From NCBI RefSeq assembly GCF_044704955.1, contig NC_091989.1, positions 104,346,001-104,410,000 of the forward strand: a stretch of DNA of 64,000 bases, given 5' to 3'. The notes beneath the pieces were generated by a model. It ran no database searches, had not been told where the DNA came from, and was given only the letters and a program-made list of their open reading frames with translations. This document shows, one piece after another, positions 39,300-51,707 of the stretch (position 1 is the stretch's first letter; every line of letters starts with the position of its first letter). The translations under genes and the position numbers were made by a program. Source of the stretch: Pristiophorus japonicus (taxonomy: Eukaryota).

Positions 39300-41106
39300 T
39301 GAGCCTGAGGGACTTCTCCCCCGGTCACAGCTGCAACCTTCCCAATCTGGGTAAAGAGTGCCTGCAGAGCCGCGAGGAGACCCTCAAGTGGGGCGGCAGG
39401 GCTGGGCACAGCTGGCTAGGGAGGGCTTGCGGCCGCGGGGACTGAGGCTGAGGTGGGGGCCTGTGGATCTCTCTTTTCCTGCCTCGGAGCCCGGCATTCC
39501 CTCTTCATGTGCCCTGTCTCCCTGCACCCGTAGCAAACCACCTCTCTGCCTGCCTGCCAATTCCCTTCTTGTCTCCACTCTCTCTTATCAGAGCCAGGGC
39601 GGATCTCACACACCTTCCCCTTGGTGGGTTTCTCCCTCCCGATTCTGCCATTGCAAAAAGAGAGGGTCAGCTGCCTCAATACCGTCTCCTCAGTGGCTTG
39701 GGGGTCTCTGAAATCTGGGCGCGCAACTCCGGTAGGCTGTTTGCCACCAGTGCACACAGCCAGCGACCACGTCGGTGTGCATCCAGCTGGGTTCGGTCCA
39801 AATTCCCCTCACTGGCTCCCCCATACACTGACCACAGTCGATCAGCGAACGCCCGGGGGTCTCCCCAGGTCTCTGGACAGTGGCCTGTACCCGGTCGAAC
39901 GGAAAGCCATTGTTAAACCCCATGGCCTCCAGGATCTCCTCCTGGAGAGCGGCCACTGTTCGCTGACCCCTCTTGCTCTCAGCAGAGAGAGCCTGACACA
40001 GGGCTGGGTCCAGTGAGAACAGGAGCAATTTGCTCCATTCGGTCTCATAGCAGTCATTTATGTCTCCTACCTGCTCTACTTCCATAAAGTGGAGAGAGGG
40101 GTCTCCGTTTCGGGTAAGTTTATTCACTGGGCCACCATCTGCCGCAGCTGGGTCGCACTGTGGGGAAGCACGTATTCGTTCTGTAGGGGACTCTCAGCCT
40201 GACCCACTGCGGGTGGTCCGAATCTACTCTGCCTGATGGGCACATTGGGGCTGGTCCCGGAGGTTTAGATTCCAGCATTTCGCCCTGCCTCTCCTCTGGG
40301 ATCCCCAATGGGGCTGTGGGAGAGGGCCTGTAGGATTCTTCCTCCCTATCCTCCTCCCCACAGCCTGTTTCACTATGCTCCCCACTCCGCACCTCGGCTG
40401 GGCTGATAAGGCACACCACTCCTTTACTGGGTGCCTTGCTTTCAGCCCAGCCAAGGGCTTTTGCCTCAGCTAGGGCCAGAGCTTTGGTGTCGGGCCGGGT
40501 GGGGATTCGAGTCTCGGGCACTTCCAGAGGTTTTGCTCCGGCTAGAACAAGGACTGCTTTGGCTTCAGCCAGAGCCAGGGTGAGCCGATCAATTTGTTCC
40601 TGAAAGGAACGATGATCCGCCTCTGCCCTGATGTGGCACGCCTGAAGCGCAGCCTGTAGCTGGAGACTCTTACCCTCTCCCAACATTCCCTGGTTCTAAG
40701 CCTGGACAAGTTCCTCCTGCAGTCCTCCGGCATAACCTTTTCCCTCAGTTACCTGGGACTGAAGGCACTCCCTGTGGTTGCGATAGCTTTCTCCATCTCT
40801 CTCTCGTTCCTGCCTCTCCCACTTTAAATCCTGATCCAGCTTTTCCCTTTCTTTGCTGGTCTTTACTCGCTCCTCTCTCTGCTCAGCTAACTCTGTCTGC
40901 AGGATATCTACCTGCCTGTCCAAGACCTGTATTTGCTTCCAAAAGCAAATCAGCCACACTGCCTTTCCCACTGATCTTTTATGATCTTTACTCTGGGTTC
41001 ACCTGGCTGCTGCGTCCTCAGGCCATTCAGCCCTCAGCAGCACCTGCACCCACTTCCTTGAGCAGTTTATCCTTGCTGTTGCACACCTAGCAATCCTACC
41101 CTCCAT
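39300..41106 (-). pseudogene. gag: ERV gag (N-terminal coiled coil, capsid-like region, CCHC knuckle)
   Basis: In-frame pieces from MEGRIARC (41106) through QVLDRQVDILQTELAEQREE...; zinc knuckle CYGCRETGHMKREC in ORF 39416-39757. Confidence 0.8.
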
Positions 41107-41159
41107 TTTATAATCCTCTCCACCAAGACTGACTGTCTCTACACCCTCAGTCACCGCAC

Positions 41160-41177
41160 GTCCCTTCATGGTCGCCA
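41160..41177 (-). promoter_or_regulatory. Primer binding site, tRNA-Arg(TCG) type
   Basis: TGGCGACCATGAAGGGAC one nt after LTR end; 17/18 match to the recalled vertebrate tRNA-Arg-TCG 3' end GTCCCTTCGTGGTCGCCA. Confidence 0.8.
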
Positions 41178-41178
41178 T

Positions 41179-42384
41179 TGTAAGGGGAGCTTGGGGTGTG
41201 AGTTCGAATCCACACCCACCTGGGGTTCTGTACGTGCGATTTATGAGGATGGGTGAGTAATGAGGCACCAGACACAGTGGGTAAGAGTACAAAATGGCTA
41301 ATGTTATTTATTTAGAATAGTAAACACCAAGATAGAGGGCATAGGAAGAGGTCATAAATAGCAGTAATGGCACAATCTCACTCAACAACACGAAAAATCT
41401 TGCAACAGGGAAGGGGAAAATAAGAGGTTAAAACATTCCACTCACACACAACCACACTTCCCACTTCCACCCTTCTTACCAATTCCTATCCTAAATTGAG
41501 TCTGTGAGGGGGTTTGGGCTATACTCAAAATCCTATCAACTCCGGGGTTCTGGGGGCACTTATTTCAGATCGGGGTGCCTCTGGGGTGGGTTTTACGTTG
41601 TTGGTCAGTTCGGTTTTCCTCCTCGATGTTGCGTCGGTTTCTTCTCTTTGCCTTTCGGTTGGCTCCTAAGTAAAAAGCTGCTGGAGTTAAGCACACCTTC
41701 CCCAGAGCGAGGGCCCTGTGAAAAGCTGACTCAGCTCCCAAAAGCTGACTCCAACCTCCAAAAGCTGACTTTCACTGCTCCAAAAGCTGACTCCCACTGC
41801 TGGTTCTGTAGCTCCTATCTTTGTATCTAATTTAGTTCTGGCCTTTCCGCGCTCAAACTCAGTTGGTGGTCCATTGTATAAGTTTGGGCGGGGAGATAGC
41901 TTTGAATATTTAATCAGAAGATGTCACAGGTACAGGTAGGTGTGAGGACAGGGGTATTGTTTCAGTGCACATTGGTGCCTCAACGTCTGCTGGTCCATTG
42001 TAACAGTCCTGCGAATCAATCGGTTTGGGCCTCCTCTTTTATGGGCCATTAGGTAGATGATGGTCCACATTCATTAGAGGTGAGTCATATTTTCAAACTG
42101 GGCCGGGTAGTCGCCATTGGTTCAGGATCTCCCCGCTTCAGGCCCGACTCGACCCCTGATTGGCCTGCCAGAATGCACTTTTCCCCCATTGGCCAGTACC
42201 TCTGTCTCGCTTGTGAGCCAGACTCCACAATGTCGGTATCCGCCCACACATTTCCCAGCCTGTCTGGTCTGAGGATTTTACTTGGCCAAAAATGTTAATT
42301 TAAAATATATAGAATGATCCCATCTTATTTCTTGTCCTTAGGGTGTTCCAATAAAAATGCGGCCATGGTTTTTCGAACCTTACA
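41179..42384 (-). repeat. ERV 5' LTR (~1206 bp)
   Basis: Perfect 7-bp terminal inverted repeat TGTAAGG...CCTTACA; minus-strand AATAAA at 41307-41312; adjacent PBS. No second LTR remains to confirm the boundary. Confidence 0.72.
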
Positions 42385-43320
42385 TTAGACATGTTGCTGT
42401 TTTCCTCAGTATTATGTTTGTAAAACTTCTCGCGCCACCCATTTATTTCATCGACGCTCCATTCATTCCAAACGATGTAACTGCCACTATTTGAAGAACA
42501 TAAGAAATATACAGCTAGTTCTCGGTATCTAACATAACTGGTTTGTATGCTTCCCATTTCACTAGTAGTAGCGATTACAGGAAATGTCCACATATACATT
42601 TGCATTGGAGCAATCAGCACAATCCTTCTTAATTTGACACTTCAGATTAAAGAATTTCCACACTCAAGCCACATACATGTTCTAAGACAATGTAAGCTAC
42701 TTAGCGTTTCGACCATGTCGCGCTAAATCAGCGGTTATTTGATTTGAGAGGAGGTGATAGAGAGGGCACATTGAACGAAGAATGAATATTGATGAATAAA
42801 CTTGGCTTGATGTGAAAAAAATAATTTTGTACAGGACTGTTTTCTGGGTTCCGATATTTACTGAACTTACGGAGTGCACTGGGCGAACTTTCAACTTCGG
42901 CAGGCATATATAATAAATAGAAAGGAAAATCTGGTGGTGGGCAAAACGCGGCCAATGCTATACTGCCAGTTTTATGCCCCACCGAAGTTGAAATTTCCCT
43001 CATAATAAATTAGGGGATGAAATTGGTATTCAGCGGTAGCCCAAAATGGCGGATAGCGATTCAGCAGCCGGTTTTACACTCCTCGCGAGTTTCTATTCCA
43101 TTAGCCCATTTTCCGCCGGGCGATAAGTATAATGACTCCCACCCTTTTCGTTTAGTTTTAAAGAGTGATAAATCAATTTCCATCAGTTAGCAATTTGATT
43201 ACCCATGCTCAACTGGTGTAACCATTTGTGCAGGAATCAGATTCCAATTAGGGCTCTGACTGCCAACGGCATCCTCAACAATGCACAGCCCTATATGTGG
43301 AAGTTATATTAATCTCGCAG

Positions 43321-43440
43321 GTAGTGACTGTACCTCGCCCTCGCATTATTTACAGATCACTGGAGGTGCAGGCTTTGCGGTGACATTTATGGTGCTGCTG
43401 ATTATCATTGGAATGTCATTCACATTCAGTAACTGTAAAG
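43321..43440 (+). pseudogene. Gene 2 transmembrane exon GSDCTSPSHYLQITGGAGFAVTFMVLLIIIGMSFTFSNCK
   Basis: Acceptor aatctcgcag| (gene 1: aatcttgcag|), 120 nt, phase 1-1, IIIG shared with gene 1 TM; donor gtaaat. Confidence 0.8.
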
Positions 43441-43823
43441 GTAAATGATCACCAGGTTGTATAATTTAAATACAAATTACAATGAACATAAAGGGCTAGT
43501 CAGCATGGAGAGAGGCTTGATCCATGCTGTAATTTACTGGTCAGAAGATTTGTTGGCGTGGGAATAGAGCTCTGGTGGGTGTTAAATTTTGAAACTGTGG
43601 TCCGGAAATGCAGTTTTTATATTCGAATAGTATGAACATAAAGATGGATTGTATTTCCGCTGCATTGCCTCCCACCCCCACCTCGATCGAAAATTGTCGA
43701 TAAAATATTCCACATGTTTAAATATACTAGAGGGTGAATATAACTGAAATTCTTCTCATGTTTTTTTAGGCAGAGGTGTCAAACTGTTTATGTTTTTATT
43801 GAGAGCAATATCGCATTAGTATT

Positions 43824-45888
43824 AGCACCAAGCTTATGGTCTACAGGGCAGTAGTGATACACGCCTTCCTATATGGCTCAGAGTCTTGGACTATATACAG
43901 TAGACACCTCAAAGCACTGGAGAAGTACCATCAGCGTTGCCTCCGCAAGATCCTGCAAATCCACTGGGAGGACAGACACACCAACTTCAGTGTTCTCGAT
44001 CAGGCCAATATCCTCAGCATCAAAGCATTGACCACATTCGACCAGCAGCATTGGGCGGGCCACATCGTCCGCATGTCCGACACGAGACTCCCAAAGCAAG
44101 CGCTCTACTCGAAACTCCTACGTGGCAAGCGAGCCCCAGTTGGGCAGAGGAAACGTTTCAAGGAAACACTTAAAGCCTCCTTGATAAAGTGCAACATCCT
44201 CACTGGCACTTGGGGCTCCCTGGCCCAAGACCGCCCTAAGTGGAGGAAGAGCATCTGGGAGGGCGCTGACCATCTCGAGTCTCATTGCTGAGAGCATGCA
44301 GAAAACAAACACAGACAACGGAAGAAGCATGCAGAAAAGCAGACTACCCACCCACCTTTTCCTTCAACTACTGTCTGTCCCACTTATGACAGAGACCATA
44401 ATTCCCATATTGGACTGTACAATCACCTGAGAACTAACTTATAGGGCCCAAGTTTCCACACGCGCCGAGAATGGCGCAGTCCCGACCTGGATGCCCGTTT
44501 TTCGCGCCACAAAGTGCACCTAAAAAAATCCTCCGTATTCTCCACCTCCCTGCAGGTTCTCTGGCCCTCGGCGCAGCGCAGCACGAGCTGTGGGGAGGCG
44601 GAGCCAGGTCCCTGCGCTGAAAACAGTGCCGGGACCTCTGCACATGCACGCTACAGTGGGCATGCAAGTGCAGTAGCTCCAGGCGCCCGAAGCACGCAGC
44701 CCCTAGCACTGGCCGAATGGCCTCACTGGGGCTTCGTGAATAAGGCTCCTCCCACGGCCAGCTCCTGCTTCCCCCCCCCCCCCCCCCCGACCAGACCCGA
44801 CACCCGCTCCCCCCCCCCACTGCCTCCGGACCGGACCCAACACCCACTCCCCACCCCCGACTGGACCCGACCCGACCCCCCCACCCCCGCTCCCGCTCCG
44901 CCTCCCCCCCCCCGACTGGACCCGACCCGACCCGACTCCCGCTCCTGCTCCCGACCCGACCCGCGATCCTGCTCCCCCCGCCCCCCCAACTGGACCTGAC
45001 CCGACCCGACCCGACTCCGGCTCCCGCTCCGCCGCCCCCCCCCCCCCGACTGGACCTGACCCGAACCGCGCTCCTGCTCCCGCTCCCCCCCCCCCCGACT
45101 GGACTCGACCCGACCCGACTCCCGCTCCCCCCCGCCCCCGGACTGGATCTGACCTGACCTCTCCCTCCCCGACCTGACCTCCCCCTCCCTCTCTCTCCCT
45201 CCCTCCCCCCCTCTCTCTCCCTCCCTCCCCCCGACCCGAACCGAACCGAACCTCCCCGACCCGACCCAACGCCACCTACCTGTAAATCTGGTGTTGGGGA
45301 CAGGCCCTGCCTGAAGTCTCGGGCCGGCCCTTTCAGCCTTCGGTCCCGAAAGGCCTGCCTGAAGCACTTTCACACAGGTAGGAAGATGGTTTATTTAATC
45401 TTTTCTTTGCTTACAAATGTTTATTCACGTTGGATTTATTTGTATAATATTTGTATAAGTATGAATAAGGATTTATTATAGAATTTAATGACTTCCCTTC
45501 CCCCCCCTCCCCCCCCACCTCGTTCTGGACGCCTAATTTGTAACCTGCGCCTGATTTTTTAATGTGTAGAACAGGTTTTTTTAGTTCTACAAAAATCTTC
45601 ATTTGCTCCATTCTAAGTTAGTTTGGTGTACGTTTTCACTGTGGAAACTTTGAAATCAGGCGTCAATGTCCGGACACGCCCCTTTTGAAGAAAAAATTCT
45701 GTTCCAAAGTGGAACTGTTCTACCTGACTAGAACCGCAGAAATAAAAATGTGAAGAATTGCGATTTCTAAGATAGTCCGTTTTCCACCAGTTGCTCCTAA
45801 AAATCAGGCGCAAATCATGTGGATACTTGGGCCCATAGAGTGGAAGCAAGTCTTCCTCGATTTCGAGTGACTGCCTATGATGATGATG
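43824..45888 (+). mobile_element. 5'-truncated RTE-clade LINE interrupted by a MITE
   Basis: ORF 43836-44291 LYGSESW...HQRCLRKIL; (TGA)n tail; TSD ATTAGTATT at 43815-43823 and 45889-45897. Confidence 0.88.
44444..45834. mobile_element. Non-autonomous TIR element (Harbinger-like MITE) with GC-rich internal minisatellite
   Basis: TIRs GGGCCCAAGTTTCCACA / TGTGGATACTTGGGCCC; 3-bp TSD ATA; (cccga)n repeats at ~44770-45270. Confidence 0.85.
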
Positions 45889-46002
45889 ATTAGTATTGGT
45901 CAACTAATATCCCACGGCCAAAATCCAGGTTGCGGATTATAATTTTTTTTCGACTTTGCCCTCACTGTAATTTGACATTGGCCATATTTGTTGAATCATA
46001 TC

Positions 46003-49000
46003 TGTTATGTATGAATAAAGAGGCTGACTAGATACTGTGAGCTCAAAGTAAAGTGTGACCTTAGTCTTTTATTGTAGGTCTCCAGAGTGCCTCTCCAGCC
46101 TGTGAGGCCTCCTTAAGTACAGGTGCTCCCAAGAGATTGTGGGATCCCTTGGGACTGCAGGGGGTGAGCCCTCTGGTGGCTACACAAGGTATTTACAGGT
46201 TTACATATATAACAACACTCCCCCCCAAAATCAATAGTGTAACTATTTACAAGGTGAGTCGATCTGGGGCCTTTCTTTCCCTGGTTAATCATCTCGGTGC
46301 AAATGCTGGTTTTGGTGAATCGTTTGTTGGGCCCTCGCTGGGCTGCTGTGTAGCTAGCCTTGCTGGGCTGCCTGGTGTGGTGAGTCATGCTGGGCTGCTG
46401 CTGGTGATGGGTTCTGCTTTGTGGTCAACTGGGGTGTCGGTTGCCACTGGTGTGTGTGTTGGGGGTCAAAGAAGTTAGGGTACAAGGTGGGTTGCTCTGG
46501 ATAGTCCGTGAATCTGAGTTTGGTTTGGTCCAAGTGTTTCCGGTAGATGAGTCCATTTGAAAGTATGACCCTAAATACCCTACTCCCCTCTTTGGCCACA
46601 ACAGTGCCGGGAAGCAACTTCGGACATTGTACATAGTTCAGCATAAATACAGGATCATTGATTTTAATTTCGCGTGACACATTTGCGCAATCATGATATG
46701 TACTTTGTTGAAGCCACCTGCTCTCTACCTGTTCATGTAGATCAGGGTGGACTAACGAGAGCCTTGTCTTAAGTGCCCTTTTCATGAGCAGTTCAGCGGG
46801 TGGAATCCCAGTGAGCGAGTGGGGTCTCGTGCGGTAACTAAGTAGGACTCGTGATAGGTGAGTCTGCAGTGAGCCTTCAGTTACCCTCTTCAAGCTCTGC
46901 TTGATAGTTTACACTGCTCTCTCTCTGCCTGACCATTGGATGCTGGTTTGAATGAGACAGATGTAACATGTTTGATCCTATTACGGGTCATGAATTCTTT
47001 GAACTCGGTACTGGTGAAACATGGCCTGTTGTCGCTCACAAGGACATCAGGCAGACCGTGCGTGACAAACATGGCCCGCAGGCTTTCAGTGGTGGCAGCA
47101 GACGTGCTTGCCAACAATATCTCATATTCAATCCATTTGGAGTACGCATCTATAATCACAAGGAACATTTTATCCAAAAACGAGCCTGCATCGTCGACAT
47201 GGACACTGGACCACGGTTTGGAGGGCCAAGACCATAAACTTAGTGGCACCTTCCTGGGTACATTGCTTAACTGTGAGCACGTGTTACATTTGTGCACGCA
47301 GGACTCTAAGTCCGCATCGATACCGGGCCACCACATGTGGGATCTGGCTATCGCTTTCATCATTACAATTTCTGGGTGAGTGCTGTGGAGATCACTAATG
47401 AAAGTGTCCCTGTCCTTCTTGGGGACCACAACTTGATTGCCCCACAGAAGGCAGTCTGCCTGCATAGACATTTCATCTTTGCGCCGCTGGAACGGCTTTA
47501 TCTCTTTCTGCATTTCCAATGGGACACTGGACCAGCTCCCGTGAAGCACACAATTTTTTAGTAAGAGCAGTAAGGGGTCCTGGCTCATCCAGGTTCTAAT
47601 CTGTCATGCTGTAACGGGTGATTGTTCCCTCTCGACTGCTTCCATTACCATTACTAAGTCTGCGGGCTGTGCCATTTCCACCCCCGTGGTGGGCAATGGC
47701 AGCCTACGGAGAGCGTCGGCACAGTTTTCTGTGCCTGGCCTGTGATGGATGGCATAGCTGCATGCGGACAACTCTGGATGTGGACTGAAGCTTTTGTATT
47801 TATCCCCTTACTTTCAAAAAAGAGGGATATCAGTGGATATGGTCAGTTTCCAATTCAAATTTGAGCCCAAACAGATATTGATGCATTTTCTTTACCCCAT
47901 AAGCACACTCTAACGCTTCTTTTTCAATCATGCTGTAGGCTCTCTCAGCCTTAGAAAGACTTCTGGATACATAAGCAACCGGTTGCAATTTCCCAGATTC
48001 ATTAGCTTGTTGCAATGCACACCCGACCCCATATGACGACGCATGACATGCTAGTAGCAAACGTTTACATGGATCATATAACACAAGCAACTTGTTTCAG
48101 CATAACAATGTTCTAGTTTTTACAAAGGCATTTTCTTGGCTTTTACCCCATACCCATTCATCCCCTTTACACAGTAAGGCATGCAGTGGTTCTAACAGTG
48201 TGCTGAGTCCCAGTAAGTAGTTACCAAAGTAGTTCAGGAGCCCTAGAAACAACTGCAGCTCCGTCACATCTGTGGCCTTGGTGCGTTTTCGATTGCCTCT
48301 GTCTTCGAATCACTGGGCCTGATGCCATCCGCCGTGATTCTTCTCCCCAGGAACTCCACTTCAGATGCCAGGAAAACGCACCTTGAGCATTTTAACCTGA
48401 GCCTCACGTGGGTGACTCGACTAAGAACCTCCTCCAGGTTCTGCAGATGCTCGACTGTGTCCCATCTGTAACCAAGATGTCATCCTGGAAGACCACCGTG
48501 CGCGGGACCGACTTCAGTAAGCTTTCCATGTTTCTCTGGAATATCACCGTGGCTGATCGAATCCCAAACGGGAATCTATTGCAAATGAAGATACCTTTTT
48601 GCGTGTTGCTGCAGGTGAAGCCCTTCGATGATTCCTCCAGCTCCTGCATCATGTAGGCTGAGGTCAAGTCCAGCTTCATAAACAGTTTTCCTCTTGCCAG
48701 CATCGCAAATAGGTTGTCTGCCTTTGGTAGTGGATATTGATCCTGCAGGGAGAAACGATTGATAGTTACTTTGTAATCACCACAGATTGTGATGGTGCCG
48801 TCTCCCTTGAGGACTGGAACAATCGGACTGGTCCACTCGTTGATTTCGATCGGCGAAATGATGCCCTCTCATTGCAGCCAGTCCAGCTCGATGTCCACCC
48901 TCTCTCTCATCATGTATTGTACTGCTTTCGCCTTGTGATGGATGGGTCGCGCCCCCGGAATTAGGTGGATCTGCACTTTTGCTCCTTGGAACTTCCCGAT

Positions 49001-50330
49001 GCCTGGTTCGAAGAGCGAGGGGAACTTGTTTAAGACCTGGGCACATGAAGTGTCGTCAATGGATGAGAGCGCTCGGACGTCGTCCCAGTTCCAGCGTAAC
49101 TTTCCCAGCCAGCTCCTGCCGAGCAGCATGGGACCATCGCCCGGTACTACCCAGAGTGGTAGCTTGTACACTGCTCCATCATAGGAGACCTTTACAATAG
49201 CACTGCCGATTAAGGGAATCAATTCCTTTGTGTAAGTTCTCAGTTTAATGCGAATGGAAGTCAGGACTGGCCTTGAGGCCTTGCTGCATCACAATTTATC
49301 GAAAGTCTTTTTGCTCATAATGGACTGGCTCGTGCCCGTTTCCAGCTCCATTGAAACCCAGAATCCATTTAATTCAACCTTCAGCATTATCGGGAGACAC
49401 TTTGTGGTAAATGTGTGCACCACATATACCTCTGCCTCCTTGGTCTGAGGCTCTGGTTCATCGGGATCCGCCATGCATCGGTTCTCTTTTGCAACATTGT
49501 GGTTTGCAGGATTAGCAGGATTTGCAACTCGCCGGCACATATGTTGTCGGTGTCCTATTGTTCCACAGCCCTTGCAAATGTATCCTTTGAAGCGACATGA
49601 ATTAAAATGATGATCACCCCCACAGCACCAACAAGGTGTTAATGGACTTGCATTCATCACCCTTGATGGTGGACTCTGAGACATCTGCAGACATGCAGCT
49701 GCAGGCAAGTGAGGCCTGCCCTGTACTTTGTCATTTGAAAACAACATCACTTTGTTCACAGTACTTGTAGCAGCACTCGTGTGCTGAGAGATTTGCTTGG
49801 TATTGTCACTGATGGCAATGAACGCGTGGGCTATTGCTATGGTTTTACTCAAGGTTAGGGGCTTTACAGTCAAAAGTTTGCAAAGTATCACTTCATGGAC
49901 AATGCCAAGTATAAAGAAGTCCCTGAGCATGTGCTCCAAATGTCCTTCAAATTCGCAATGTCCTGCAAGGCATCTTAGCTCGAGAACATAGCTCGCCACT
50001 TCCTGGCCTTCAGATCTTTTGTAGGTGTAGATCCGGTACCTCGCCATCAGAGCGCTTTCCTTCGGGTTCAAATGCTCCCGGACCAGTGTGCACAAATCAT
50101 CATACGATTTCTCTGTGGGTTTGGCTGGAGCAAGCAGATCTTTCATGACGCCATGTGCACGTGTGGGATCACATCCCATCCTTGTCGCCAGCTGTTATGT
50201 ATGAATAAAGAGACTGACTAGATACGGTGAGCTCAAAGTAAAGTGTGACCATAGTCTTTTATTGCAGGCCTCCAGAGTGCCTCTCCAGCCTATGTGGCCT
50301 CCTTAAGTACAGGTCCTCCCAAGGGATTGT
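46003..50330 (-). mobile_element. Ty3/Gypsy (Mag-clade) LTR retrotransposon, gag-pro-RT-RH-IN, decayed
   Basis: 3' LTR 46003-46214, PPT 46215-46226, truncated 5' LTR 50193-50330, PBS 50173-50190 (tRNA-Ser); LDLTSAY, FQDDIL, ASSYGVG, IIDAYSKW, ASNGQAE. Confidence 0.93.
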
Positions 50331-51707
50331 TTTTTTCCACGCAGACAGAGAAAAGATGAAGCAAACAATTGTGATGAGTCTGTAAGTTTGTAACATTCAT
50401 CCAATAGATGTTTTAAGCATTATGTGATGATTTATTTCAGACTCCAGCTCCCGCAGTATTTTGCTTTTCTTTTAGTGATAATTTTATTTTGAGCTCAGAA
50501 CATTTCAAATCTATTTCAGACTAAGGTAACACTTCTGTGTGCTTTTCCAATTGACTTACCTTTGAATGGGACATTGAAACCTGTCAGCATGTAGCACTCC
50601 CAAGAAGGTTGGCGCAGAATTCGCACCGAAATCCATTGTCCAGGCTCTAAAGCACTCAGTCTGCCCAGGTCCAGGAGCAGCGCACTTTTTTGTCAGGGCC
50701 AATACCATAGTCTGGGGACACTCTCAGTATATGCCGACTCCGTGGCAGGGTCTAGTGCCCATTTAGAAAGGTAGGAAATTTGAGTGAGGCCCCGGGCAGG
50801 CTCTCAAGCCTTTTGCGGCCATCTAGTCGGTGGAGAGCAGGCAGTCATGGCGAAATCTAATATCTTCTTCTTGTGGCATCCCTGCATCTAGATACTTACA
50901 ATTCTTCGTATAGGAAATGGGCAGGAGACCAGGAGTTCCCTCTCCCACCTAATTACCATGAGTAGGTCGGGCTGCGACTACTGCTGTCCCTAAATCCTAA
51001 TGCAAAGTAACGGGGGTTAGGCCAAGTGTAATTGGTCATTGTCCCAATTTTCCTGACCGATGCACCCAAGGACCGATCATTTCACTCAGCAAAAATATGG
51101 AAAATGAACCTTAAATGAAAATCCCATCTTTGGGTGTGTTATTTTAAAACATCTGAGATTAGCAGTTTCGTTTCAATTAGCCACAGTTCCGCACCAGCAA
51201 CTATTTTCCATCCATTACTCCAGGGCAAGCTCCCCATTGCCCTTGGAAGCCCAGCTTGGAGCCCTGCGAGGACATTTTAAGAGTGACCACGGAAGATTTG
51301 CTGGGGCCAATGGCACAACAGTGAGTGGCCACAAAGTGCGTTCCACCAATTTAACTTGTTTGTGCTGCTGTTATGCAACATGTAAATCTTGCTAAAGGCA
51401 CACAGAATGATAGTTTTACATTTATGCCCCTTGCTTCGGGTACTCAAAGTTGGTTGAGATGGCGTTTTTGAGGTGGATGTAGCAATTCAGTGATTTAGTC
51501 TGCTACAAATACAGAGTAAAGAAGGAAGATAAATATATTTGGGGCTCCTCAAAGTGAAAGAGATATATGTAAAACACTTCGGGCATTAATTACTACCATG
51601 TAACATAGCTGGATGTAGCACACAACTCATTTTACCCTATCGCTGTGCGTAAAATATTTCTTCTCCCAAACTCCAGATGTGCACTTCCAAGTACATAGAA
51701 ATATATA

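Larger units (their letters stand above)
33006..42384 (-). mobile_element. Endogenous retrovirus (LTR-gag-pro-pol-env, 3' end deleted), spuma/lokiretrovirus-like
   Basis: 5' LTR 41179-42384, PBS 41160-41177, gag with CCHC, pol with tether, RNase H and IN, env with furin sites and fusion peptide. Confidence 0.9.

Noticed and set aside
41720-41792. Regularly spaced repeats reminiscent of a CRISPR array
   Set aside because: Eukaryotic LTR, 11-bp units with ~10-bp spacers, no cas genes
44514-45373. Long Gly/Arg/Pro-rich ORFs on both strands
   Set aside because: By-products of the GC-rich minisatellite inside the MITE
50345-50381. Possible short cytoplasmic exon of gene 2 (ccacgcag|ACAGAG...GAGTCT|gtaagt)
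   Set aside because: Splice signals are good, but the 37-nt length does not give the phase 1-to-0 pattern of gene 1 exon 5, and no downstream ITIM exon was found to support it
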